From: Eledone cirrhosa
Lineage: Eukaryota
Direction of reading: 5' to 3'
NCBI GenBank assembly: GCA_964016885.1
Contig: OZ024743.1
Span: 211,978,001-212,042,000, forward strand
Length of the DNA stretch: 64,000 nucleotides
Shown: piece after piece, positions 10,501 through 23,883 of the stretch
Position numbering within the stretch: position 1 is the first letter of the stretch
How the letters are laid out: each line of letters starts with the position of its first letter
Program-made: the position numbers and the translations under genes
The notes under the pieces: model-generated
The model's database searches: none
What the model saw: only the letters and a program-made list of their open reading frames with translations
What the model was told of the DNA's origin: nothing

Positions 10501-13500
10501 CATGGGCAGTTTTTTTTGAAAATCACACCACACACAACCAATGTGTGTCTGCACATGTACCAGTAATTACAGATCGATCCCACCACGAGTTCAATGTAAA
10601 CAAACTTACGCTCAACGACTTTGTTGACGTTTAACACGGTTTGGTTCCACAGCCACAACTATTGATTTTAAGGAGATATCTTGCTGAAATTCACGCCACA
10701 CATAGCCAATGAGTGTCTGCACATGTACCAGTAATTACAGATGGATCCCACCACGGGCGGCCGGCCCACAGTCGAAAAGGTTACTCCGCCTGCAAATCGT
10801 CATTTTCGGATTCGTTTTCTTCGAAGCACACCATTCGCCGGCGGACTTCAGCTGCCTCATTTAGCATGGGCAGTTTTTCTTGAAGATCACACCACACACA
10901 GCCAATGAGTGTCTGCACATGTACCAGTAATTACAGATCGATCCGACCACGGGCGGCCGGCCCACGATCGAGAAAAAGGTAACTCCGCCGGCAAATCGTC
11001 ATTTTTGTGATCCGTTTTCTTCGAAGCACACCATTCGCCGCCGGACTTCAGCTGCCTCATTTAGCATGGGCAGTCTTTTTTGAAAATCACACCACACACA
11101 ACCAATGTGTGTCTGCACATGTACCAGTAATTACAGATCGATCCCACCACGGGCGGCCGGCCCACAATCGAAAAGGTTACTCCGCCTGCAAATCGTCATT
11201 TTCGGATTCGTTTTCTTCGAAGCACACCATTCGCCGGCGGACTTCAGCTGCCTCATTTAGCATGAGCAGTTTTTCTTGAAGATCACACCACACACAGCCA
11301 ATGAGTGTCTGCACATGTACCAGTAATTACAGATGGATCCCCCCACGGGCGGCCGGCCCACAATCGAAAAGGTTACTCCGCCTGCAAATCGTCATTTTCG
11401 GATTCGTTTTCTTCGAAGCACACCATTCGCCGGCGGACTTCAGCTGCCTCATTTAGCATGAGCAGTTTTTCTTGAAGATCACACCACACACAGCCAATGA
11501 GTGTCTGCACATGTACCAGTAATTACAGATGGATCCCACCACGGGCGGCCGGCCCACAATCGAAAAGGTTACTCCGCCTGCAAATCGTCATTTTCGGATT
11601 CGTTTTCTTCGAAGCACACCATTCGCCGGCGGACTTCAGCTGCCTCATTTAGCATGGGCAGTTTTTCTTGAAGATCACACCACACACAGCCAATGAGTGT
11701 CTGCACATGTACCAGTAATTACAGATGGATCCCACCACGGGCGGCCGGCCCACAATTGAAAAGGTTACTCCGCCTGCAAATCGTCATTTTCGGATTCGTT
11801 TTCTTCGAAGCACACCATTCGCCGGCGGACTTCAGCTGCCTCATTTAGCATGGGCAGTTTTTCTTGAAGATCACACCACACACAGCCAATGAGTGTCTGC
11901 ACATGTACCAGTAATTAGAGATCGATCCGACCACGGGCGGCCGGCCCACGATCGAGAAAAAGGTAACTCCGCCGGCAAATCGTCATTTTTGTGATCCGTT
12001 TTCTTCGAAGCACACCATTCGCCGCCGGACTTCAGCTGCCTCATTTAGCATGGGCAGTTTTTTTTGAAAATCACACCACACACAACCAATTTGTGTCTGC
12101 ACATGTACCAGTAATTACAGATCGATCCGACCACGGGCGGCCGGCCCGCGATTGAAAAGGTAACTCCGCCGGCAAATCGTCATTTTTGGATTCGTTTTCT
12201 TCGAAGCACACCATTCGCCGGCGTACTTTGTTGACGTTTAACACGGTTTGGTTCCACAGCCACAACTATTGATTTTAAGGAGATATCTTGCTGAAATTCA
12301 CGCCACACATAGCCAATGAGTGTCTGCACATGTACCAGTAATTACAGATGGATCCCACCACGGGCGGCCGGCCCACAATCGAAAAGGTTACTCCGCCTGC
12401 AAATCGTCATTTTCGGATTCGTTTTCTTCGAAGCACACCATTCGCCGGCGGACTTCAGCTGCCTCATTTAGCATGGGCAGTTTTTTTTGAAAATAACACC
12501 ACACACAACCAATGTGTGTCTGCACATGTACCAGTAATTACAGATCGATCCCACCACGAGTTCAATGTAAACAAACTTACGCTCAACGACTTTGTTGACG
12601 TTTAACACGGTTTGGTTCCACAGCCACAACTATTGATTTTAAGGAGATATCTTGCTGAAATTCACGCCACACATAGCCAATGAGTGTTTGCACATGTACC
12701 AGTAATTACAGATGGATCCCACCACGGGCGGCCGGCCCACAATCGAAAAGGTTACTCCGCCTGCAAATCGTCATTTTCGGATTCGTTTTCTTCGAAGCAC
12801 ACCATTCGCCGGCGGACTTCAGCTGCCTCATTTAGCATGAGCAGTTTTTCTTGAAGATCACACCACACATAGCCAATGAGTGTCTGCACATGTACCAGTA
12901 ATTACAGATGGATCCCACCACGGGCGGCCGGCCCACAATCGAAAAGGTTACTCCGCCTGCAAATCGTCATTTTCGGATTCGTTTTCTTCGAAGCACACCA
13001 TTCGCCGGCGGACTTCAGCTGCCTCATTTAGCATGGGCAGTTTTTCTTGAAGATCACACCACACACAGCCAATGAGTGTCTGCACATGTACCAGTAATTA
13101 CAGATGGATCCCACCACGGGCGGCCGGCCCACAATCGAAAAGGTTACTCCGCCTGCAAATCGTCATTTTCGGATTCGTTTTCTTCGAAGCACACCATTCG
13201 CCGGCGGACTTCAGCTGCCTCATTTAGCATGGGCAGTTTTTCTTGAAGATCACACCACACACAGCCAATGAGTGTCTGCACATGTACCAGTAATTAGAGA
13301 TCGATCCGACCACGGGCGGCCGGCCCACGATCGAGGAAAAGGTAACTCCGCCGGCAAATCGTCATTTTTGTGATCCGTTTTCTTCGAAGCACACCATTCG
13401 CCGCCGGACTTCAGCTGCCTCATTTAGCATGGGCAGTTTTTTTTGAAAATCACACCACACACAACCAATGTGTGTCTGCACATGTACCAGTAATTACAGA

Positions 13501-15089
13501 TCGATCCCACCACGGGCGGCCGGCCCACAATCGAAAAGGTTACTCCGCCTGCAAATCGTCATTTTCGGATTCGTTTTCTTCGAAGCACACCATTCGCCGG
13601 CGGACTTCAGCTGCCTCATTTAGCATGAGCAGTTTTTCTTGAAGATCACACCACACACAGCCAATGAGTGTCTGCACATGTACCAGTAATTACAGATGGA
13701 TCCCCCCACGGGCGGCCGGCCCACAATCGAAAAGGTTACTCCGCCTGCAAATCGTCATTTTCGGATTCGTTTTCTTCGAAGCACACCATTCGCCGGCGGA
13801 CTTCAGCTGCCTCATTTAGCATGAGCAGTTTTTCTTGAAGATCACACCACACACAGCCAATGAGTGTCTGCACATGTACCAGTAATTACAGATGGATCCC
13901 ACCACGGGCGGCCGGCCCACAATCGAAAAGGTTACTCCGCCTGCAAATCGTCATTTTCGGATTCGTTTTCTTCGAAGCACACCATTCGCCGGCGGACTTC
14001 AGCTGCCTCATTTAGCATGGGCAGTTTTTCTTGAAGATCACACCACACACAGCCAATGAGTGTCTGCACATGTACCAGTAATTAGAGATCGATCCGACCA
14101 CGGGCGGCCGGCCCACGATCGAGAAAAAGGTAACTCCGCCGGCAAATCGTCATTTTTGTGATCCGTTTTCTTCGAAGCACACCATTCGCCGCCGGACTTC
14201 AGCTGCCTCATTTAGCATGGGCAGTTTTTTTTGAAAATCACACCACACACAACCAATGTGTGTCTGCACATGTACCAGTAATTACAGATCGATCCGACCA
14301 CGGGCGGCCGGCCCGCGATTGAAAAGGTAACTCCGCCGGCAAATCGTCATTTTTGTGATTCGTTTTCTTCGAAGCACACCATTCGCCGCCGGACTTCAGC
14401 TGCCTCATTTAGCATGGGCAGTTTTTTTTGAAAATCACACCACACACAACCAATGTGTGTCTGCACATGTACCAGTAATTACAGATCGATCCCACCACGA
14501 GTTCAATGTAAACTAACTTACGCTCAACGACTTTGTTGACGTTTAACACGGTTTGGTTCCACAGCCACAACTATTGATTTTAAGGAGATATCTTGCTGAA
14601 ATTCACGCCACACATAGCCAATGAGTGTCTGCACATGTACCAATAATTACAGATCGATCCGACCACGGACGGCCGGCCCGCGATTGAAAAGGTAACTCCG
14701 CCGGCAAATCGTCATTTTTGGATTCGTTTTCTTCGAAGCACACCATTCGCCGGCGTACTTTGTTGACGTTTAACACGGTTTGGTTCCACAGCCACAACTA
14801 TTGATTTTAAGGAGATATCTTGCTGAAATTCACGCCACACATAGCCAATGAGTGTCTGCACATGTACCAGTAATTACAGATGGATCCCACCACGGGCGGC
14901 CGGCCCACAATCGAAAAGGTTACTCCGCCTGCAAATCGTCATTTTCGGATTCGTTTTCTTCGAAGCACACCATTCGCCGGCGGACTTCAGCTGCCTCATT
15001 TAGCATGAGCAGTTTTTCTTGAAGATCACACCACACACAGCCAATGAGTGTCTGCACATGTACCAGTAATTACAGATGGATCCCACCAC

Positions 15090-18000
15090 GGGCGGCCGGC
15101 CCACAATCGAAAAGGTTACTCCGCCTGCAAATCGTCATTTTCGGATTCGTTTTCTTCGAAGCACACCATTCGCCGGCGGACTTGAGCTGCCTCATTTAGC
15201 ATGGGCAGTTTTTCTTGAAGATCACACCACACACACCCAATGAGTGTCTGCACATGTACCAGTAATTAGAGATCGATCCGACCATGGGCGGCCGGCCCAC
15301 GATCGAGAAAAAGGTAACTCCGCCGGCAAATCGTCATTTTTGTGATCCGTTTTCTTCGAAGCACACCATTCGCCGCCGGACTTCAGCTGCCTCATTTAGC
15401 ATGGGCAGTTTTTTTTGAAAATCACACCACACACAACCAATGTGTGTCTGCACATGTACCAGTAATTACAGATCGATCCGACCACGGGCGGCCGGCCCGC
15501 GATTGAAAAGGTAACTCCGCCGGCAAATCGTCATTTTTGTGATTCGTTTTCTTCGAAGCACACCATTCGCCGCCGGACTTCAGCTGCCTCATTTAGCATG
15601 GGCAGTTTTTTTTGAAAATCACACCACACACAACCAATGTGTGTCTGCACATGTACCAGTAATTACAGATCGATCCCACCACGAGTTCAATGTAAACTAA
15701 CTTACGCTCAACGACTTTGTTGACGTTTAACACGGTTTGGTTCCACAGCCACAACTATTGATTTTAAGGAGATATCTTGCTGAAATTCACGCCACACATA
15801 GCCAATGAGTGTCTGCACATGTACCAGTAATTACAGATCGATCCGACCACGGACGGCCGGCCCGCGATTAAAAAGGTAACTCCGCCGGCAAATCGTCATT
15901 TTTGGATTCGTTTTCTTCGAAGCACACCATTCGCCGGCGTACTTTGTTGACGTTTAACACGGTTTGGTTCCACAGCCACAACTATTGATTTTAAGGAGAT
16001 ATCTTGCTGAAATTCACGCCACACATAGCCAATGAGTGTCTGCACATGTACCAGTAATTACAGATGGATCCCACCACGGGCGGCCGGCCCACAATCGAAA
16101 AGGTTACTCCGCCTGCAAATCGTCATTTTCGGATTCGTTTTCTTCGAAGCACACCATTCGCCGGCGGACTTCAGCTGCCTCATTTAGCATGAGCAGTTTT
16201 CCTTGAAGATCACACCACACACAGCCAATGAGTGTCTGCACATGTACCAGTAATTACAGATGGATCCCACCACGGGCGGCCGGCCCACAATCGAAAAGGT
16301 TACTCCGCCTGCAAATCGTCATTTTCGGATTCGTTTTCTTCGAAGCACACCATTCGCCGGCGGACTTCAGCTGCCTCATTTAGCATGGGCAGTTTTTCTT
16401 GAAGATCACACCACACACACCCAATGAGTGTCTGCACATGTACCAGTAATTAGAGATCGATCCGACCACGGGCGGCCGGCCCACGATCGAGAAAAAGGTA
16501 ACTCCGCCGGCAAATCGTCATTTTTGTGATCCGTTTTCTTCGAAGCACACCATTCGCCGCCGGACTTCAGCTGCCTCATTTAGCATGGGCAGTTTTTTTT
16601 GAAAATCACACCACACACAACCAATGAGTGTCTGCACATGTACCAGTAATTACAGATGGATCCCACCACGGGCGGCCGGCCCACAATCGAAAAGGTTACT
16701 CCGCCTGCAAATCGTCATTTTCGGATTCGTTTTCTTCGAAGCACACCATTCGCCGGCGGACTTCAGCTGCCTCATTTAGCATGGGCAGTTTTTCTTGAAG
16801 ATCACACCACACACAGCCAATGAGTGTCTGCACATGTACCAGTAATTACAGATGGATCCCACCACGGGCGGCCGGCCCACAATTGAAAAGGTTACTCCGC
16901 CTGCAAATCGTCATTTTCGGATTCGTTTTCTTCGAAGCACACCATTCGCCGGCGGACTTCAGCTGCCTCATTTAGCATGGGCAGTTTTTCTTGAAGATCA
17001 CACCACACACAGCCAATGAGTGTCTGCACATGTACCAGTAATTAGAGATCGATCCGACCACGGGCGGCCGGCCCACGATCGAGAAAAAGGTAACTCCGCC
17101 GGCAAATCGTCATTTTTGTGATCCGTTTTCTTCGAAGCACACCATTCGCCGCCGGACTTCAGCTGCCTCATTTAGCATGGGCAGTTTTTTTTGAAAATCA
17201 CACCACACACAACCAATTTGTGTCTGCACATGTACCAGTAATTACAGATCGATCCGACCACGGGCGGCCGGCCCGCGATTGAAAAGGTAACTCCGCCGGC
17301 AAATCGTCATTTTTGGATTCGTTTTCTTCGAAGCACACCATTCGCCGGCGTACTTTGTTGACGTTTAACACGGTTTGGTTCCACAGCCACAACTATTGAT
17401 TTTAAGGAGATATCTTGCTGAAATTCACGCCACACATAGCCAATGAGTGTCTGCACATGTACCAGTAATTACAGATGGATCCCACCACGGGCGGCCGGCC
17501 CACAATCGAAAAGGTTACTCCGCCTGCAAATCGTCATTTTCGGATTCGTTTTCTTCGAAGCACACCATTCGCCGGCGGACTTCAGCTGCCTCATTTAGCA
17601 TGGGCAGTTTTTTTTGAAAATAACACCACACACAACCAATGTGTGTCTGCACATGTACCAGTAATTACAGATCGATCCCACCACGAGTTCAATGTAAACA
17701 AACTTACGCTCAACGACTTTGTTGACGTTTAACACGGTTTGGTTCCACAGCCACAACTATTGATTTTAAGGAGATATCTTGCTGAAATTCACGCCACACA
17801 TAGCCAATGAGTGTTTGCACATGTACCAGTAATTACAGATCGATCCGACCACGGACGGCCGGCCCGCGATTGAAAAGGTAACTCCGCCGGCAAATCGTCA
17901 TTTTTGGATTCGTTTTCTTCGAAGCACACCATTCGCCGGCGTACTTTGTTGACGTTTAACACGGTTTGGTTCCACAGCCACAACTATTGATTTTAAGGAG

Positions 18001-21000
18001 ATATCTTGCTGAAATTCACGCCACACATAGCCAATGAGTGTCTGCACATGTACCAGTAATTACAGATGGATCCCACCACGGGCGGCTGGCCCACAATCGA
18101 AAAGGTTACTCCGCCTGCAAATCGTCATTTTCGGATTCGTTTTCTTCGAAGCACACCATTCGCCGGCGGACTTCAGCTGCCTCATTTAGCATGAGCAGTT
18201 TTTCTTGAAGATCACACCACACACAGCCAATGAGTGTCTGCACATGTACCAGTAATTACAGATGGATCCCACCACGGGCGGCCGGCCCACAATCGAAAAG
18301 GTTACTCCGCCTGCAAATCGTCATTTTCGGATTCGTTTTCTTCGAAGCACACCATTCGCCGGCGGACTTCAGCTGCCTCATTTAGCATGAGCAGTTTTTC
18401 TTGAAGATCACACCACACATAGCCAATGAGTGTCTGCACATGTACCAGTAATTACAGATGGATCCCACCACGGGCGGCCGGCCCACAATCGAAAAGGTTA
18501 CTCCGCCTGCAAATCGTCATTTTCGGATTCGTTTTCTTCGAAGCACACCATTCGCCGGCGGACTTCAGCTGCCTCATTTAGCATGGGCAGTTTTTCTTGA
18601 AGATCACACCACACACAGCCAATGAGTGTCTGCACATGTACCAGTAATTACAGATGGATCCCACCACGGGCGGCCGGCCCACAATCGAAAAGGTTACTCC
18701 GCCTGCAAATCGTCATTTTCGGATTCGTTTTCTTCGAAGCACACCATTCGCCGGCGGACTTCAGCTGCCTCATTTAGCATGGGCAGTTTTTCTTGAAGAT
18801 CACACCACACACAGCCAATGAGTGTCTGCACATGTACCAGTAATTAGAGATCGATCCGACCACGGGCGGCCGGCCCACGATCGAGGAAAAGGTAACTCCG
18901 CCGGCAAATCGTCATTTTTGTGATCCGTTTTCTTCGAAGCACACCATTCGCCGCCGGACTTCAGCTGCCTCATTTAGCATGGGCAGTTTTTTTTGAAAAT
19001 CACACCACACACAACCAATGTGTGTCTGCACATGTACCAGTAATTACAGATCGATCCCACCACGGGCGGCCGGCCCACAATCGAAAAGGTTACTCCGCCT
19101 GCAAATCGTCATTTTCGGATTCGTTTTCTTCGAAGCACACCATTCGCCGGCGTACTTTGTTGACGTTTAACACGGTTTGGTTCCACAGCCACAACTATTG
19201 ATTTTAAGGAGATATCTTGCTGAAATTCACGCCACACATAGCCAATGAGTGTCTGCACATGTACCAGTAATTACAGATGGATCCCACCACGGGCGGCCGG
19301 CCCACAATCGAAAAGGTTACTCCGCCTGCAAATCGTCATTTTCGGATTCGTTTTCTTCGAAGCACACCATTCGCCGGCGGACTTCAGCTGCCTCATTTAG
19401 CATGAGCAGTTTTCCTTGAAGATCACACCACACACAGCCAACGAGTGTCTGCACATGTACCAGTAATTACAGATGGATCCCACCACGGGCGGCCGGCCCA
19501 CAATCGAAAAGGTTACTCCGCCTGCAAATCGTCATTTTCGGATTCGTTTTCTTCGAAGCACACCATTCGCCGGCGGACTTGAGCTGCCTCATTTAGCATG
19601 GGCAGTTTTTCTTGAAGATCACACCACACACACCCAATGAGTGTCTGCACATGTACCAGTAATTAGAGATCGATCCGACCATGGGCGGCCGGCCCACGAT
19701 CGAGAAAAAGGTAACTCCGCCGGCAAATCGTCATTTTTGTGATCCGTTTTCTTCGAAGCACACCATTCGCCGCCGGACTTCAGCTGCCTCATTTAGCATG
19801 GGCAGTTTTTTTTGAAAATCACACCACACACAACCAATGTGTGTCTGCACATGTACCAGTAATTACAGATCGATCCGACCACGGGCGGCCGGCCCGCGAT
19901 TGAAAAGGTAACTCCGCCGGCAAATCGTCATTTTTGTGATTCGTTTTCTTCGAAGCACACCATTCGCCGCCGGACTTCAGCTGCCTCATTTAGCATGGGC
20001 AGTTTTTTTTGAAAATCACACCACACACAACCAATGTGTGTCTGCACATGTACCAGTAATTACAGATCGATCCCACCACGAGTTCAATGTAAACTAACTT
20101 ACGCTCAACGACTTTGTTGACGTTTAACACGGTTTGGTTCCACAGCCACAACTATTGATTTTAAGGAGATATCTTGCTGAAATTCACGCCACACATAGCC
20201 AATGAGTGTCTGCACATGTACCAGTAATTACAGATCGATCCGACCACGGACGGCCGGCCCGCGATTAAAAAGGTAACTCCGCCGGCAAATCGTCATTTTT
20301 GGATTCGTTTTCTTCGAAGCACACCATTCGCCGGCGTACTTTGTTGACGTTTAACACGGTTTGGTTCCACAGCCACAACTATTGATTTTAAGGAGATATC
20401 TTGCTGAAATTCACGCCACACATAGCCAATGAGTGTCTGCACATGTACCAGTAATTACAGATGGATCCCACCACGGGCGGCCGGCCCACAATCGAAAAGG
20501 TTACTCCGCCTGCAAATCGTCATTTTCGGATTCGTTTTCTTCGAAGCACACCATTCGCCGGCGGACTTCAGCTGCCTCATTTAGCATGAGCAGTTTTCCT
20601 TGAAGATCACACCACACACAGCCAATGAGTGTCTGCACATGTACCAGTAATTACAGATGGATCCCACCACGGGCGGCCGGCCCACAATCGAAAAGGTTAC
20701 TCCGCCTGCAAATCGTCATTTTCGGATTCGTTTTCTTCGAAGCACACCATTCGCCGGCGGACTTCAGCTGCCTCATTTAGCATGGGCAGTTTTTCTTGAA
20801 GATCACACCACACACACCCAATGAGTGTCTGCACATGTACCAGTAATTAGAGATCGATCCGACCACGGGCGGCCGGCCCACGATCGAGAAAAAGGTAACT
20901 CCGCCGGCAAATCGTCATTTTTGTGATCCGTTTTCTTCGAAGCACACCATTCGCCGCCGGACTTCAGCTGCCTCATTTAGCATGGGCAGTTTTTTTTGAA

Positions 21001-23883
21001 AATCACACCACACACAACCAATGAGTGTCTGCACATGTACCAGTAATTACAGATGGATCCCACCACGGGCGGCCGGCCCACAATCGAAAAGGTTACTCCG
21101 CCTGCAAATCGTCATTTTCGGATTCGTTTTCTTCGAAGCACACCATTCGCCGGCGGACTTCAGCTGCCTCATTTAGCATGGGCAGTTTTTCTTGAAGATC
21201 ACACCACACACAGCCAATGAGTGTCTGCACATGTACCAGTAATTACAGATGGATCCCACCACGGGCGGCCGGCCCACAATTGAAAAGGTTACTCCGCCTG
21301 CAAATCGTCATTTTCGGATTCGTTTTCTTCGAAGCACACCATTCGCCGGCGGACTTCAGCTGCCTCATTTAGCATGGGCAGTTTTTCTTGAAGATCACAC
21401 CACACACAGCCAATGAGTGTCTGCACATGTACCAGTAATTAGAGATCGATCCGACCACGGGCGGCCGGCCCACGATCGAGAAAAAGGTAACTCCGCCGGC
21501 AAATCGTCATTTTTGTGATCCGTTTTCTTCGAAGCACACCATTCGCCGCCGGACTTCAGCTGCCTCATTTAGCATGGGCAGTTTTTTTTGAAAATCACAC
21601 CACACACAACCAATTTGTGTCTGCACATGTACCAGTAATTACAGATCGATCCGACCACGGGCGGCCGGCCCGCGATTGAAAAGGTAACTCCGCCGGCAAA
21701 TCGTCATTTTTGGATTCGTTTTCTTCGAAGCACACCATTCGCCGGCGTACTTTGTTGACGTTTAACACGGTTTGGTTCCACAGCCACAACTATTGATTTT
21801 AAGGAGATATCTTGCTGAAATTCACGCCACACATAGCCAATGAGTGTCTGCACATGTACCAGTAATTACAGATGGATCCCACCACGGGCGGCCGGCCCAC
21901 AATCGAAAAGGTTACTCCGCCTGCAAATCGTCATTTTCGGATTCGTTTTCTTCGAAGCACACCATTCGCCGGCGGACTTCAGCTGCCTCATTTAGCATGG
22001 GCAGTTTTTTTTGAAAATAACACCACACACAACCAATGTGTGTCTGCACATGTACCAGTAATTACAGATCGATCCCACCACGAGTTCAATGTAAACAAAC
22101 TTACGCTCAACGACTTTGTTGACGTTTAACACGGTTTGGTTCCACAGCCACAACTATTGATTTTAAGGAGATATCTTGCTGAAATTCACGCCACACATAG
22201 CCAATGAGGGTTTGCACATGTACCAGTAATTACAGATCGATCCGACCACGGACGGCCGGCCCGCGATTGAAAAGGTAACTCCGCCGGCAAATCGTCATTT
22301 TTGGATTCGTTTTCTTCGAAGCACACCATTCGCCGGCGTACTTTGTTGACGTTTAACACGGTTTGGTTCCACAGCCACAACTATTGATTTTAAGGAGATA
22401 TCTTGCTGAAATTCACGCCACACATAGCCAATGAGTGTCTGCACATGTACCAGTAATTACAGATGGATCCCACCACGGGCGGCTGGCCCACAATCGAAAA
22501 GGTTACTCCGCCTGCAAATCGTCATTTTCGGATTCGTTTTCTTCGAAGCACACCATTCGCCGGCGGACTTCAGCTGCCTCATTTAGCATGAGCAGTTTTT
22601 CTTGAAGATCACACCACACACAGCCAATGAGTGTCTGCACATGTACCAGTAATTACAGATGGATCCCACCACGGGCGGCCGGCCCACAATCGAAAAGGTT
22701 ACTCCGCCTGCAAATCGTCATTTTCGGATTCGTTTTCTTCGAAGCACACCATTCGCCGGCGGACTTCAGCTGCCTCATTTAGCATGAGCAGTTTTTCTTG
22801 AAGATCACACCACACATAGCCAATGAGTGTCTGCACATGTACCAGTAATTACAGATGGATCCCACCACGGGCGGCCGGCCCACAATCGAAAAGGTTACTC
22901 CGCCTGCAAATCGTCATTTTCGGATTCGTTTTCTTCGAAGCACACCATTCGCCGGCGGACTTCAGCTGCCTCATTTAGCATGGGCAGTTTTTCTTGAAGA
23001 TCACACCACACACAGCCAATGAGTGTCTGCACATGTACCAGTAATTACAGATGGATCCCACCACGGGCGGCCGGCCCACAATCGAAAAGGTTACTCCGCC
23101 TGCAAATCGTCATTTTCGGATTCGTTTTCTTCGAAGCACACCATTCGCCGGCGGACTTCAGCTGCCTCATTTAGCATGGGCAGTTTTTCTTGAAGATCAC
23201 ACCACACACAGCCAATGAGTGTCTGCACATGTACCAGTAATTAGAGATCGATCCGACCACGGGCGGCCGGCCCACGATCGAGGAAAAGGTAACTCCGCCG
23301 GCAAATCGTCATTTTTGTGATCCGTTTTCTTCGAAGCACACCATTCGCCGCCGGACTTCAGCTGCCTCATTTAGCATGGGCAGTTTTTTTTGAAAATCAC
23401 ACCACACACAACCAATGTGTGTCTGCACATGTACCAGTAATTACAGATCGATCCCACCACGGGCGGCCGGCCCACAATCGAAAAGGTTACTCCGCCTGCA
23501 AATCGTCATTTTCGGATTCGTTTTCTTCGAAGCACACCATTCGCCGGCGTACTTTGTTGACGTTTAACACGGTTTGGTTCCACAGCCACAACTATTGATT
23601 TTAAGGAGATATCTTGCTGAAATTCACGCCACACATAGCCAATGAGTGTCTGCACATGTACCAGTAATTACAGATGGATCCCACCACGGGCGGCCGGCCC
23701 ACAATCGAAAAGGTTACTCCGCCTGCAAATCGTCATTTTCGGATTCGTTTTCTTCGAAGCACACCATTCGCCGGCGGACTTCAGCTGCCTCATTTAGCAT
23801 GAGCAGTTTTCCTTGAAGATCACACCACACACAGCCAATGAGTGTCTGCACATGTACCAGTAATTACAGATGGATCCCACCAC
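15090..23883 (+). repeat. Tandem duplication of a 4397 bp, 22-monomer unit (2 copies)
   Basis: ORF pairs 17198/21595, 17475/21872, 17789/22186 and 18920/23317 are all offset by 4397. Monomer sum 11A+4B+C+2D+4E = 4397. Shared rare variants: CTTGAGC, ACCATGGG, GATTAAAA, CAATTTG, AAATAAC, GGCTGGC. Confidence 0.9.
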
